A DNA stretch of 43,014 bases, taken from the sequence record SRR22947727_1369; one strand, given 5' to 3'. Shown here in pieces: positions 10,586 through 19,570 of the stretch; the first letter of the stretch is position 1; each line of letters starts with the position of its first letter. The notes beneath the pieces are model-generated. The model saw only the letters and a program-made list of their open reading frames with translations, did no database searches and was not told where the DNA came from. Position numbers and translations under genes: made by a program.

Positions 10586-11378
10586 CATTTTAAATAAAAT
10601 TTTAGCAACAAAGGCCTTGGAAATTGCAAAGGCAAAAAAAAATGTATCAATTGAAGAATTAAAAACGAGTATTTCAAATACTGATAGACCTAGAGATTTT
10701 ATCCAAGCGCTTAAAGATAAACACTCAAAAAATGAGGCGGGGGTCATTGCTGAAATCAAAAAAGCAAGTCCATCAAAAGGGGTAATAAGAGAAAATTTTG
10801 ATCCTATTTCAATTGCTCAGTCATATGAAAATGGAGGCGCTGCTTGTTTATCGATACTCACAGATCAAGAATATTTTCAAGGGCATCCTGATTTCATTAA
10901 GCAAGTGAAATCAAATTCAAAGCTTCCTGTTTTAAGAAAAGATTTTATTATTGAGCCTTATCAGGTTTATGAATCAAGAATTTTGGGGGCTGATTGTATT
11001 TTGTTAATTGTTGCCGCACTTGATTTAAAACAAATGAAGGAACTGGAAAGTATTGCTAATGACCTAGAAATGGCAGTATTAGTTGAGTCGCATAACCAAG
11101 ATGAGCTTGATTTAGCTTTAGAATTAAAAACGCCACTGATTGGAATTAACAATAGAAACTTAAAAACATTTGATGTTTCATTGAAAACATCAATTAATTT
11201 AGTAAAAAATATTGAGGGGAGGATACCTATTACAGAATCTGGTATCTTTAATCAAAAAGATGTCAGATTGATGAATGAAAATCATATTAATACTTTCCTT
11301 ATTGGAGAAGCATTTATGAGACAAGCTGATCCTGGTGATGCGCTCAGCGAGCTTTTTTTTAGTGAGATTAATATATGA
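10578..11378 (+). CDS. trpC: Indole-3-glycerol phosphate synthase
   Basis: IAEIKKASPSKG, LRKDFI, GINNRNL, ESGI. Confidence 0.97.
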   Translation: MSNILNKILATKALEIAKAKKNVSIEELKTSISNTDRPRDFIQALKDKHSKNEAGVIAEIKKASPSKGVIRENFDPISIAQSYENGGAACLSILTDQEYFQGHPDFIKQVKSNSKLPVLRKDFIIEPYQVYESRILGADCILLIVAALDLKQMKELESIANDLEMAVLVESHNQDELDLALELKTPLIGINNRNLKTFDVSLKTSINLVKNIEGRIPITESGIFNQKDVRLMNENHINTFLIGEAFMRQADPGDALSELFFSEINI

Positions 11379-12367
11379 CCATAATTAAAAGACCCAGAAG
11401 AATGAGAGAAAGTAGTTTTTCTAGAACCTTAATGCGTGAAAATAATATCTCTGTAAATAATCTTATCTATCCGATGTTTGTAATTGATGGTAATAAGGTC
11501 CGTCAAGATATAGAATCAATGCCAGGTATTCAAAGATTGAGTATAGATGAGCTAATTAAAGATGCTACTGAATGCCACAAATTAGGTATCCCTGCCATCG
11601 CTATTTTTCCATGTATAGAAAAAAATTTAAAAACAAAAGATGCTAGAGAGGCATTTAATGATAATGGCCTCGTCCAAAAAGCAATTAAAAAAGTAAAAAA
11701 AGAATTACCTGAGTTGGGTGTGATATCTGATGTAGCACTAGATCCTTTTACACTAAATGGACAAGATGGCCTTACTGATGAAAATGGAAATATTCTCAAC
11801 GATGAAACTGTCAGTATTTTAAATAAACAGGCTTTAAGTCATGCAAAATCAGGCGCTGATATTGTAGCCCCCTCAGATATGATGGATGGCAGAGTGGGAA
11901 GCATCAGAAAGACTTTGGAAGAAAATAAATTTATTAATACAAAAATTTTAGCGTACTCTGCAAAATATGCTTCTTCATTTTATGGCCCTTTCAGAGACGC
12001 TGTAGGATCTTCAAAGCTTTTAGGCAAGTCGACAAAAGAAACATATCAAATGGACCCCGCCAATAGTGATGAAGCTTTAGATGAAGTCAGACTAGACATC
12101 CAAGAAGGTGCTGATATGGTTATGGTAAAACCTGGTATGCCATATCTTGACATAGTTTTTAGGGTAAAAGAGACATTTAATAAACCTACTTTTGTATATC
12201 AAGTCAGTGGTGAATATTCTATGATTATGGCTGCTTCATTAAGAGGTTGGCTTAATCAAGATGATGCTATCCTAGAGTCACTGATTTCATTTCGAAGAGC
12301 TGGGGCGGATGCAATAATTACCTATTTTGCGTTAGAGGTTGCTCACCTAATTCAATCAAAGACTTGA
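11375..12367 (+). CDS. hemB: Porphobilinogen synthase (ALA dehydratase), Cys-free metal-site type
   Basis: DVALDPFTLNGQDG, APSDMMDGR, YSAKYASSFYGPFRDA, MVKPG, YQVSGEY. Confidence 0.97.
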   Translation: MTIIKRPRRMRESSFSRTLMRENNISVNNLIYPMFVIDGNKVRQDIESMPGIQRLSIDELIKDATECHKLGIPAIAIFPCIEKNLKTKDAREAFNDNGLVQKAIKKVKKELPELGVISDVALDPFTLNGQDGLTDENGNILNDETVSILNKQALSHAKSGADIVAPSDMMDGRVGSIRKTLEENKFINTKILAYSAKYASSFYGPFRDAVGSSKLLGKSTKETYQMDPANSDEALDEVRLDIQEGADMVMVKPGMPYLDIVFRVKETFNKPTFVYQVSGEYSMIMAASLRGWLNQDDAILESLISFRRAGADAIITYFALEVAHLIQSKT

Positions 12368-12947
12368 TGTCAAGGGAAGAAACATCTTTAAAATTTAAAC
12401 CCCGATGCTGTAAAAAATTTTTCTTAAAACTAAAAAAATCATTTTCAAAATAAATTTTAATCTCAGCTGGTATGGGGAAGCTATCTAGATAGATTGTTGG
12501 AACAGATTTTATTGAATTTTTTTCAGATTTTTTGTACATTTTAGTTTCTGAAAATTCATAGGAAATTTCACTGTTCAGAAGAACATATTCTATGTCTTTT
12601 ATATTATCAGCAAATAAATTGATCTTAATTTCAGGGAATTTTGGGATAATGCCTTTGCTAAGCTCATTCATCAAATGCGGTTTGAAGCTTTTGAACAAAT
12701 CCATAACATTTAGAGCTTGATCTTTAAAATGTTCTAAAAATTCAATATTTGTGTCTTGGTTGAATATTTTATGGAATTCTTCTATTGCTTTGTCAATTTG
12801 TAAATTTGTTGGGAGGCTCACATTTTCATTGAGCCCTAATGATTTTGCCGCTTTTTTCTTTGCAAAAAAATAATCTTTAATTCCCTCTTCCATAATCATT
12901 TGCGCGGCAAGATTTGCAACGGATAATTTAGTATTTTTTGATGACAT
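12318..12947 (-). CDS. Conserved proteobacterial hypothetical protein
   Basis: 209-aa ORF. Its N-terminal AA.MIMEEG..DY..AKKKAA..LG...LP.N..I pattern and LFAD..K.IE..LLN resemble, from memory, a conserved uncharacterised beta/gammaproteobacterial family. Confidence 0.7.
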   Translation of the reverse strand: MSSKNTKLSVANLAAQMIMEEGIKDYFFAKKKAAKSLGLNENVSLPTNLQIDKAIEEFHKIFNQDTNIEFLEHFKDQALNVMDLFKSFKPHLMNELSKGIIPKFPEIKINLFADNIKDIEYVLLNSEISYEFSETKMYKKSEKNSIKSVPTIYLDSFPIPAEIKIYFENDFFSFKKNFLQHRGLNFKDVSSLDIKSLIELGEQPLTQNR

Positions 12948-12958
12948 AATTTAATAAC

Positions 12959-15244
12959 TTAGTTGATTACAAAGTAAGAATTATCATAAGGTGGGTATTC
13001 TTCATAAAAATACTCGAAAAAACCATCTTCATCTGCATTTTTTGTCATGCCTGTTTTTTTATTTATTTTTAAAGGCGTTATACCTTCAGGTTTGACTTGA
13101 TTTTTGATAGGATAATTTTTCAATAAAGGCTTCATATAGTCAATCCAAATAGGGAGCGCTGCACGCGATCCAGTTTCCTTATTGCCAAGCGATTTAGGTT
13201 GATCGTAACCCATCCAAGTTACAGTCACAATATCAGAGTTGAATCCAGCGAACCATGCGTCTATTAGGTCATTAGTTGTGCCTGTTTTGCCTGCCATATC
13301 CGGCCGCTTTAAAATTTTCGCTTTTCTAGCTGTACCATTTGTAATAACTTCTTTGAGTAAGTCATACATAATAAAAGCATTTCTAGGATCAATAATTCTT
13401 GGAGTTTCTTCATTGATTAGGCCAGCCTGGAGTTTAATATTCCTTCCTTTTGAATCAATAATTCTGTCGATATAAAAAGGTGTTTTTAAATAGCCCCCAT
13501 TTGCAAAAACACTATAGGCTCTAACCATTTCCCAAGCTGTGGCTTCTCCAACGCCTAAGGCCATAGATAAGTAAGGTTTGTATTTTTTTGGATTAAAACC
13601 AAATCGAGCAATATAATCAAGTGAGTATTCTGGGCTTATATGTTTTAAAATTCTGATAGAAATTAAATTCTTAGATTTAGCTAAACCTTCTCTTAACCTA
13701 ATTGGACCAGAAAATTTTTCATTATAATTTTGAGGTACCCAATTTTCATTCGTACCTAAATCTTTTGCAAGGATTTCAAGAGGACCGTCGTTAATAATTG
13801 TAGAAGGTGTAATGCCTTTTTCCAAGGCACTTGAAATGATGAAGGGTTTAAAAATAGAACCAGGCTGACGATGTGCTTGGGTAACGTGATTAAATTTATT
13901 TTTTTTAAAACTAAAACCTCCGACTAATGCAACAATTGCGCCTGTATTTGGATCCATTGAAATCAAAGCACTTTCAACATCTGGGAGTTGTGTGGCAAGC
14001 CAATCTTTATTTTTTTTAACGAACCTCATCACAGAACCTTTCTTAATCAATTTATCTTCTGAATTTTCTTTCGATAGGTCTTTTTTTAAGGATCCTAAAT
14101 TTTTTCTATAGATAGTTATATATTGGTTAGTCTTTAAAAAAACTTCAATTTTGTAGGGTTGAGTCGATAAGATGATGCCAGGAATAAAATTGTTATAGGT
14201 TTTATAGGACCTTAATGATTTTTTTAAAAACTGACTTTTTGTTTTTTTGTCTTTAAATTCTTTAGAATCTAAATCAACAAATCCTTCAGGTTCCCTGAGT
14301 TCTTGTCGATTCATATAATTTATAATACCGTTTTCAACAGCCTGGTTTGCAACTTCCTGATTTCTTTTTTTAATTGTCGTGATAACTTTTAAACCACTGG
14401 TATAAATGCTATTACCGTATTCTTCATAAAGTACTTTACGAACCATTTCTGCAATATAATCAGCCTGAATTTCATAACGAATATTTGTTTCGACTAAATC
14501 AAGATGTTCTTCGAGTGCCAAGATATAGGAGGGCTTATCAATAAATCCATATCTGTACATATTATTTAAGACGGTATGTTGTCTTGCAACAGCAAGATCT
14601 GGGTTTGATAGAGGATTATATCTGCTAGGCGCTTTAGGCAACCCTGCAAGTAGTGCAATTTCAGCAAGGTTTAAGTTCTCAAGGGTTTTATTAAAGTATG
14701 TATTTGCAGCAGCAGAAAAACCAAAAGATCTTTGGCCAAGATAAATTTGATTAATATAAAGCTCAAGGATTTCTTCCTTTGTTAAGGTGTTTTCAATTTT
14801 TAAAGACAGTAATATCTCATTAATTTTTCTTTTAAAGGTTTTTTCAGAAGAAAGAAAAAAATTTCGGGCAACCTGCATTGTAATTGTGCTCGCACCCTCC
14901 CTGCTTTGCCCTGTAAAATTTTTCACTGCTGCCCTTACAATGCCAATAAGATCAATTCCTGGATGCTCAAAGAATCTTCTGTCTTCAATCGCTAAAATAG
15001 CATTGATCATTTTTTGAGGCACATTTTCTATGGCAATAAAATCTCTTCTTTCTTCACCAAATTCTTGAATTAAATAATTATCTTTAGTAAAAATTTGTAA
15101 TGGTTCCTTAGGTCGATACTTTGAAAGGCTCTCAACATCGGGTAATGTAGGATAAATAAGTGTGGCTGTGAAAATAATGATTGCTAAACCTGATAACCCC
15201 ATAAGAAACAAGAGGATTAGGAAATTTTTAATCTGTGAAATCAT
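12959..15244 (-). CDS. mrcA: Penicillin-binding protein 1A
   Basis: N-terminal TM; transglycosylase motifs EDRRFFEH and GASTITMQ; transpeptidase motifs SIFK, SKN and KTG. Confidence 0.96.
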   Translation of the reverse strand: MISQIKNFLILLFLMGLSGLAIIIFTATLIYPTLPDVESLSKYRPKEPLQIFTKDNYLIQEFGEERRDFIAIENVPQKMINAILAIEDRRFFEHPGIDLIGIVRAAVKNFTGQSREGASTITMQVARNFFLSSEKTFKRKINEILLSLKIENTLTKEEILELYINQIYLGQRSFGFSAAANTYFNKTLENLNLAEIALLAGLPKAPSRYNPLSNPDLAVARQHTVLNNMYRYGFIDKPSYILALEEHLDLVETNIRYEIQADYIAEMVRKVLYEEYGNSIYTSGLKVITTIKKRNQEVANQAVENGIINYMNRQELREPEGFVDLDSKEFKDKKTKSQFLKKSLRSYKTYNNFIPGIILSTQPYKIEVFLKTNQYITIYRKNLGSLKKDLSKENSEDKLIKKGSVMRFVKKNKDWLATQLPDVESALISMDPNTGAIVALVGGFSFKKNKFNHVTQAHRQPGSIFKPFIISSALEKGITPSTIINDGPLEILAKDLGTNENWVPQNYNEKFSGPIRLREGLAKSKNLISIRILKHISPEYSLDYIARFGFNPKKYKPYLSMALGVGEATAWEMVRAYSVFANGGYLKTPFYIDRIIDSKGRNIKLQAGLINEETPRIIDPRNAFIMYDLLKEVITNGTARKAKILKRPDMAGKTGTTNDLIDAWFAGFNSDIVTVTWMGYDQPKSLGNKETGSRAALPIWIDYMKPLLKNYPIKNQVKPEGITPLKINKKTGMTKNADEDGFFEYFYEEYPPYDNSYFVIN

Positions 15245-15349
15245 GATGTTGATTTATTAATTATGTATTCGTTATAAGTATATTATAGAGCTGAACGTTA
15301 TCATTATAAGTTTTAATTGATTTATAATTTTGTTTTTGTTGGACTTGTT

Positions 15350-15862
15350 ATGAAAAAATATAAAAATATCTATTTAATTGGTCTTATGGGTTCGGGTAAA
15401 ACGACTTTAGGTAAAATTCTGTCGAAGAAATTAGATAAAACTTTTTTTGATAGTGATCAAGTGATTGAGGAAAAATTGGGCGTTGATGTGCCAATGATAT
15501 TTGAGTACGAAGGTGAAGCAGGTTTTCGTGAAAGAGAAAAAGAAATCTTAAAAGAGCTTGTGAGTAAAAAGAATATTATTCTAGCCACCGGAGGTGGGGT
15601 AATTTTATCAAAATTTAATCGTGATCTTTTGTCAGAAAATGGGATAGTGATATATTTGAAATCAAATCAAAAAGATTTGATTTCCAGAATGAAAAATGAC
15701 AAAACTAGGCCTTTATTAAGAAATGGAAACATTGAATCTATTATCAAAAAACTTTGTGAAGAAAGAGAGCCGCTTTATGAAATGATTTCGGACTTTGAGG
15801 TGACAACAAAAAATAAAAGGATCCACGAAATCGTCAATGAAATTATTAGTATAACGAAATAG
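15350..15862 (+). CDS. aroK: Shikimate kinase
   Basis: GLMGSGKT P-loop, GEAGFRERE, ATGGG, RPLL. ATG at 15350 preferred over the upstream TTG. Confidence 0.96.
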   Translation: MKKYKNIYLIGLMGSGKTTLGKILSKKLDKTFFDSDQVIEEKLGVDVPMIFEYEGEAGFREREKEILKELVSKKNIILATGGGVILSKFNRDLLSENGIVIYLKSNQKDLISRMKNDKTRPLLRNGNIESIIKKLCEEREPLYEMISDFEVTTKNKRIHEIVNEIISITK

Positions 15863-15865
15863 TAT

Positions 15866-16939
15866 ATGAAAAAAATTAACATCCAATTCGATGAAAGAAG
15901 TTACCCCATATATATTGGTGAAGGTTTGATTTCAAATTATGAATTGATAAGCCAGCATATATTAGGTAAAAAAGTGGCAATTATCACCAACGAGACTGTC
16001 GCAGATATTTATCTAAAAACACTTATGGAGACCGTGTCTCCCCATAAGGAATTAATATCTATCATCTTGCCAGATGGAGAGAGTTATAAAAGCAAGGATT
16101 CGCTTGAGTCTATTTACGCCCAATTACTTCAAAATAAAGCAGATAGAGAAATTACCCTAATTGCCTTAGGTGGCGGAGTCATAGGGGATATTACTGGCTT
16201 TGCTGCAGCGACATATATGAGAGGGGTTAATTTCATTCAGATTCCAACAACGTTACTTTCACAAGTTGACTCATCTGTTGGGGGAAAAACAGGCATTAAT
16301 CACCCTTTAGGTAAAAATATGATTGGGGCTTTTTATCAACCTAAATGCGTTATCAGCGATATGGATGTTATGAAGACATTGCCAAGTCGAGAGTTATCAG
16401 CGGGTTTAGCGGAAGTCATCAAGTATGGCTTAATTAGGGATAATAAATTTTTTGAATGGCTAGAAAGTCATATCCAATATTTAATGGAGATGAATCCAAA
16501 GTATTTAATAGAAGCGGTGCAAAGGTCTTGTGAAAATAAAGCTGCAGTGGTTGAGGCAGATGAATTTGAATCTGGCATTAGGGCAATATTAAATCTGGGG
16601 CACACTTTTGGGCATGCGATTGAAGTTGCACAGGGCTACGGAAATTGGTTGCACGGAGAAGCTGTCGGTGCGGGTATGGTCATGGCAGCAAAGTTATCAC
16701 AAAGTATGGGTTGGTTAGCAGACAAAGATGTAGACAGAATAGTTTCGCTCATTAAAAAAGCGGGGTTACCCACTGACCCGCCTAAAATTTCTGTTAAAAA
16801 ATATATGGAATTGATGATGCTAGATAAAAAGACAAAAGATGGGCAAATAAATTTAGTGCTTCAAAAGTCAATTGGCGATGCAGTTTTAACCAATCAATAT
16901 GATCCTAAAAAATTACATCAAATTCTAGAGCAATCTTAA
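15866..16939 (+). CDS. aroB: 3-dehydroquinate synthase
   Basis: GGGVIGD, PTTLLSQVDSSVGGKTG, LNLGHTFGHAIE, HGEAV. Confidence 0.97.
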   Translation: MKKINIQFDERSYPIYIGEGLISNYELISQHILGKKVAIITNETVADIYLKTLMETVSPHKELISIILPDGESYKSKDSLESIYAQLLQNKADREITLIALGGGVIGDITGFAAATYMRGVNFIQIPTTLLSQVDSSVGGKTGINHPLGKNMIGAFYQPKCVISDMDVMKTLPSRELSAGLAEVIKYGLIRDNKFFEWLESHIQYLMEMNPKYLIEAVQRSCENKAAVVEADEFESGIRAILNLGHTFGHAIEVAQGYGNWLHGEAVGAGMVMAAKLSQSMGWLADKDVDRIVSLIKKAGLPTDPPKISVKKYMELMMLDKKTKDGQINLVLQKSIGDAVLTNQYDPKKLHQILEQS

Positions 16940-16957
16940 AATTAAAGAAATTTTCAT

Positions 16958-18061
16958 ATGAATTTAAAACCTTTTGCTGCCGATCCAAATAAAAGCTTAG
17001 GTAGGCAATTTAAGGAACCCAGATCAAAACTTCGTAATGATTATCAAAGAGACCGAGATCGTATTATCCATTCGGGCGCTTTTAGAAGATTGGAATATAA
17101 AACACAAGTCTTTGTGAATCATGAAGGCGATATGTTTAGAACGCGTCTTACGCATTCTTTAGAAGTTGCACAAATCTCAAGAGGCATTTCAAGAACGTTG
17201 GGGTTACATGAGGATTTAGCCGAGGCCATTGCGCTTGCACATGATTTGGGGCATACCCCCTTTGGGCATGCAGGTCAAAGTGCCCTAAATCAATGTATGA
17301 AACCCTATGGTGGATTTGAACATAATCTTCAATCATTAAGAATTGTTGATGTTTTAGAAAATGACTATGTTGATTTTAAGGGGCTCAATCTGACATTTGA
17401 AACCAGAGAGGGCATTTTAAAACATTGCTCAAATAAGAATGCTCGTCAATTGGGGGAGGTGGGAAAGCGTTTTATTCAAAAAAAACAGCCCTCACTAGAG
17501 GCGCAACTGGTGAATTTTGCTGATGAAATTGCATATAATCATCATGACATTGATGATGGCTATCGTTCGGGGCTAGTGACATTTGACCAATTAATAGATG
17601 TACCATTTTTTAATGAAATTAGCTCCGAAGTGAAATCAGAGTCACCTTTAATTAACGATAAGCAGTGTATTAAATCAACTATTCGAAGGATGATGAATAT
17701 TTTTATAATGGACTTATGTCAATATTCGCAAGCGCAAATTGATAGAGAACAATTTAAATCCATAGACGAGGTAAGGCATGCAGCGCCTGTCATTGGTTTA
17801 TCAGTGACTATGGCAAAAAAACAACAATCACTTAAACAGTTTTTAAGAGAAATGCTCTATTTGCATCCTCGGGTAAAGGCAATGACAGATAATGCGCAAG
17901 ACGTAATTCAAAGCTTGTTTGCAAAATTAATGCAAAGCCCACGCCTCCTCAATAATAATGACAAATTAGATGAAAATGAATTAGCTATTATCGTTTCTGA
18001 CTACATTGCGGGTATGACAGACCGCTATGCGCTGCAAACCTTTGAAAAAATATGTAAGTAA
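16958..18061 (+). CDS. dgt: dGTP triphosphohydrolase (HD family)
   Basis: QRDRDRI, RRLEYKTQV, RTRLTHSLEV, HDLGHTPFGH, DYIAGMTD. Confidence 0.95.
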   Translation: MNLKPFAADPNKSLGRQFKEPRSKLRNDYQRDRDRIIHSGAFRRLEYKTQVFVNHEGDMFRTRLTHSLEVAQISRGISRTLGLHEDLAEAIALAHDLGHTPFGHAGQSALNQCMKPYGGFEHNLQSLRIVDVLENDYVDFKGLNLTFETREGILKHCSNKNARQLGEVGKRFIQKKQPSLEAQLVNFADEIAYNHHDIDDGYRSGLVTFDQLIDVPFFNEISSEVKSESPLINDKQCIKSTIRRMMNIFIMDLCQYSQAQIDREQFKSIDEVRHAAPVIGLSVTMAKKQQSLKQFLREMLYLHPRVKAMTDNAQDVIQSLFAKLMQSPRLLNNNDKLDENELAIIVSDYIAGMTDRYALQTFEKICK

Positions 18062-18125
18062 AAATTGTTAATTTTAGCCGCTTATATAAGTTAATTAGGC
18101 TTATTTCCGGGAATAAAAGCCAAAT

Positions 18126-18209
18126 TGTTGCAATAAAACCACAAAATATTGAATATGTGTCAAAAAAAAGACAAAATACTTGCGATACAGCACTTAATTG
18201 ATGGATAAT
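18126..18209 (+). promoter_or_regulatory. Putative porin promoter: two TGT-N12-ACA boxes followed by sigma70-like TTGCGA-N18-GATAAT
   Basis: Boxes at 18126-18143 and 18156-18173; -35 at 18180-18185; -10 at 18204-18209; AAGGAG RBS before ATG 18284. Confidence 0.55.
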
Positions 18210-18283
18210 ATACCTAATTTCTTAAAGTTTTAATTTTAAGAAAGTTATAAAGCTTTAAAAATTTTTAAATCAAGGAGAAACAT

Positions 18284-19513
18284 ATGAATAACAAAATTAA
18301 AGCAGCGGTAGCAGGTGCAGTATTAGCATCAGCTTCTGTAGCAAATGCTGGTATCACATGGGACGCGGGTGAGTGGACTGTGGATATGAACGGTAACGTG
18401 AATGCTTTCGCTATCATCAATGACAGTTCTGATACAGCAATGGCTTCTGGTGGTCTTGCTAACACTAAAAGTAACGACGACACAGCAGCTTCTATTAACA
18501 CAGGTCTTCTACCATCATGGTTAGGCTTTACAGCAACGACTCGTCAAAATGATCTAGATACTTCGGTAACTATCTCATTCCAACCTGGTGCTTCTGTAAC
18601 AGGCGGTCTAGGTGGCGGTGGTGCTGAAGAGCATCGTCAAGCATTCTTAACATTTGGTGATAAATCATGGGGTTCTGTTAAAGTGGGTAAAGATTTAGGT
18701 ATCTTTGGTTCAACAGCGATTCTTAATGATATGACACTATTAGGTGTGGGTTCACAAGGTGTTGTAGGTACAGCAGGTGGTACAACAACGACTCTAGGTC
18801 GTATTGGTACTGGTTATATCTATGCTGACTGGAATGGTCAAATTGCATATACAACACCTAACATGAACGGTCTTTCACTTACATTAGGTGTAATGCAACC
18901 ATGGAATGCAACATCATCTGCTGCTCAAGATTCTACAGCTGCTGTTCCAACTAGTGTTTCAGGAGTTTCATCAGGTAGTACTGATACATTTGGTTTCCAA
19001 GGTCAAGGTTCTTACTCATGGACGGGTGACTTCGCTGGTAAAATTTGGGCTGGTTTCTTCCAACAAGAAGTTACAGGTATAACTGCTGCTAATTCTAGTA
19101 CAGATGCAACTGCTTTTGAAGTAGGTGTTTCAACATCTATCTATAACATCAACTTAGTTGCTTATGGTTACTCTGGTGAAGGTGTAGGTACAACTGCACT
19201 ATTACGTGATGGTTTTGATACAGCTGGTAATAAGCGTGATTCTGACGGTGGTTATGTTCAGGCAACATACGTGATACCTACTGGTACTAAGCTAGGTGTT
19301 TCATACGGTATTTCTAAACTAGATGACAACGCTGCTGATGCAGGTGATGCACTAGTTGAAGAAAACAAAATGTTAACTATTGGTGCATACCATCCGTTAA
19401 CTAAGCACTTAAACTTAGTGGCTGAGTATTCAAACGTTGAAGCAACAGCACATGACACTGTTTCTGATGCTGAATCAAACATCTTCTCAGTAGGTGCAAT
19501 CTTATTCTTCTAG
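18284..19513 (+). CDS. Major outer-membrane porin
   Basis: Signal peptide ending ANA, amphipathic beta-strands, WGSVKVGK motif, C-terminal Phe, codon bias typical of high expression (GGT/GCT/TTC/AAC), strong RBS and terminator. Confidence 0.92.
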   Translation: MNNKIKAAVAGAVLASASVANAGITWDAGEWTVDMNGNVNAFAIINDSSDTAMASGGLANTKSNDDTAASINTGLLPSWLGFTATTRQNDLDTSVTISFQPGASVTGGLGGGGAEEHRQAFLTFGDKSWGSVKVGKDLGIFGSTAILNDMTLLGVGSQGVVGTAGGTTTTLGRIGTGYIYADWNGQIAYTTPNMNGLSLTLGVMQPWNATSSAAQDSTAAVPTSVSGVSSGSTDTFGFQGQGSYSWTGDFAGKIWAGFFQQEVTGITAANSSTDATAFEVGVSTSIYNINLVAYGYSGEGVGTTALLRDGFDTAGNKRDSDGGYVQATYVIPTGTKLGVSYGISKLDDNAADAGDALVEENKMLTIGAYHPLTKHLNLVAEYSNVEATAHDTVSDAESNIFSVGAILFF

Positions 19514-19540
19514 AATTTAATTCTAAGAGAACGTAATATT

Positions 19541-19570
19541 AAAAAAGGCTCCTAAAAGGAGCCTTTTTTT
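19541..19570. terminator. Bidirectional rho-independent terminator between porin and ntrC
   Basis: AAAAAAGGCTCCT-AAA-AGGAGCCTTTTTTT, a perfect stem with A/T tails on both sides. Confidence 0.9.

Noticed and set aside
16958-18061. dGTPase as an anti-phage nucleotide-depletion gene
   Set aside because: The conserved aroK-aroB-dgt housekeeping position argues against a defence island.
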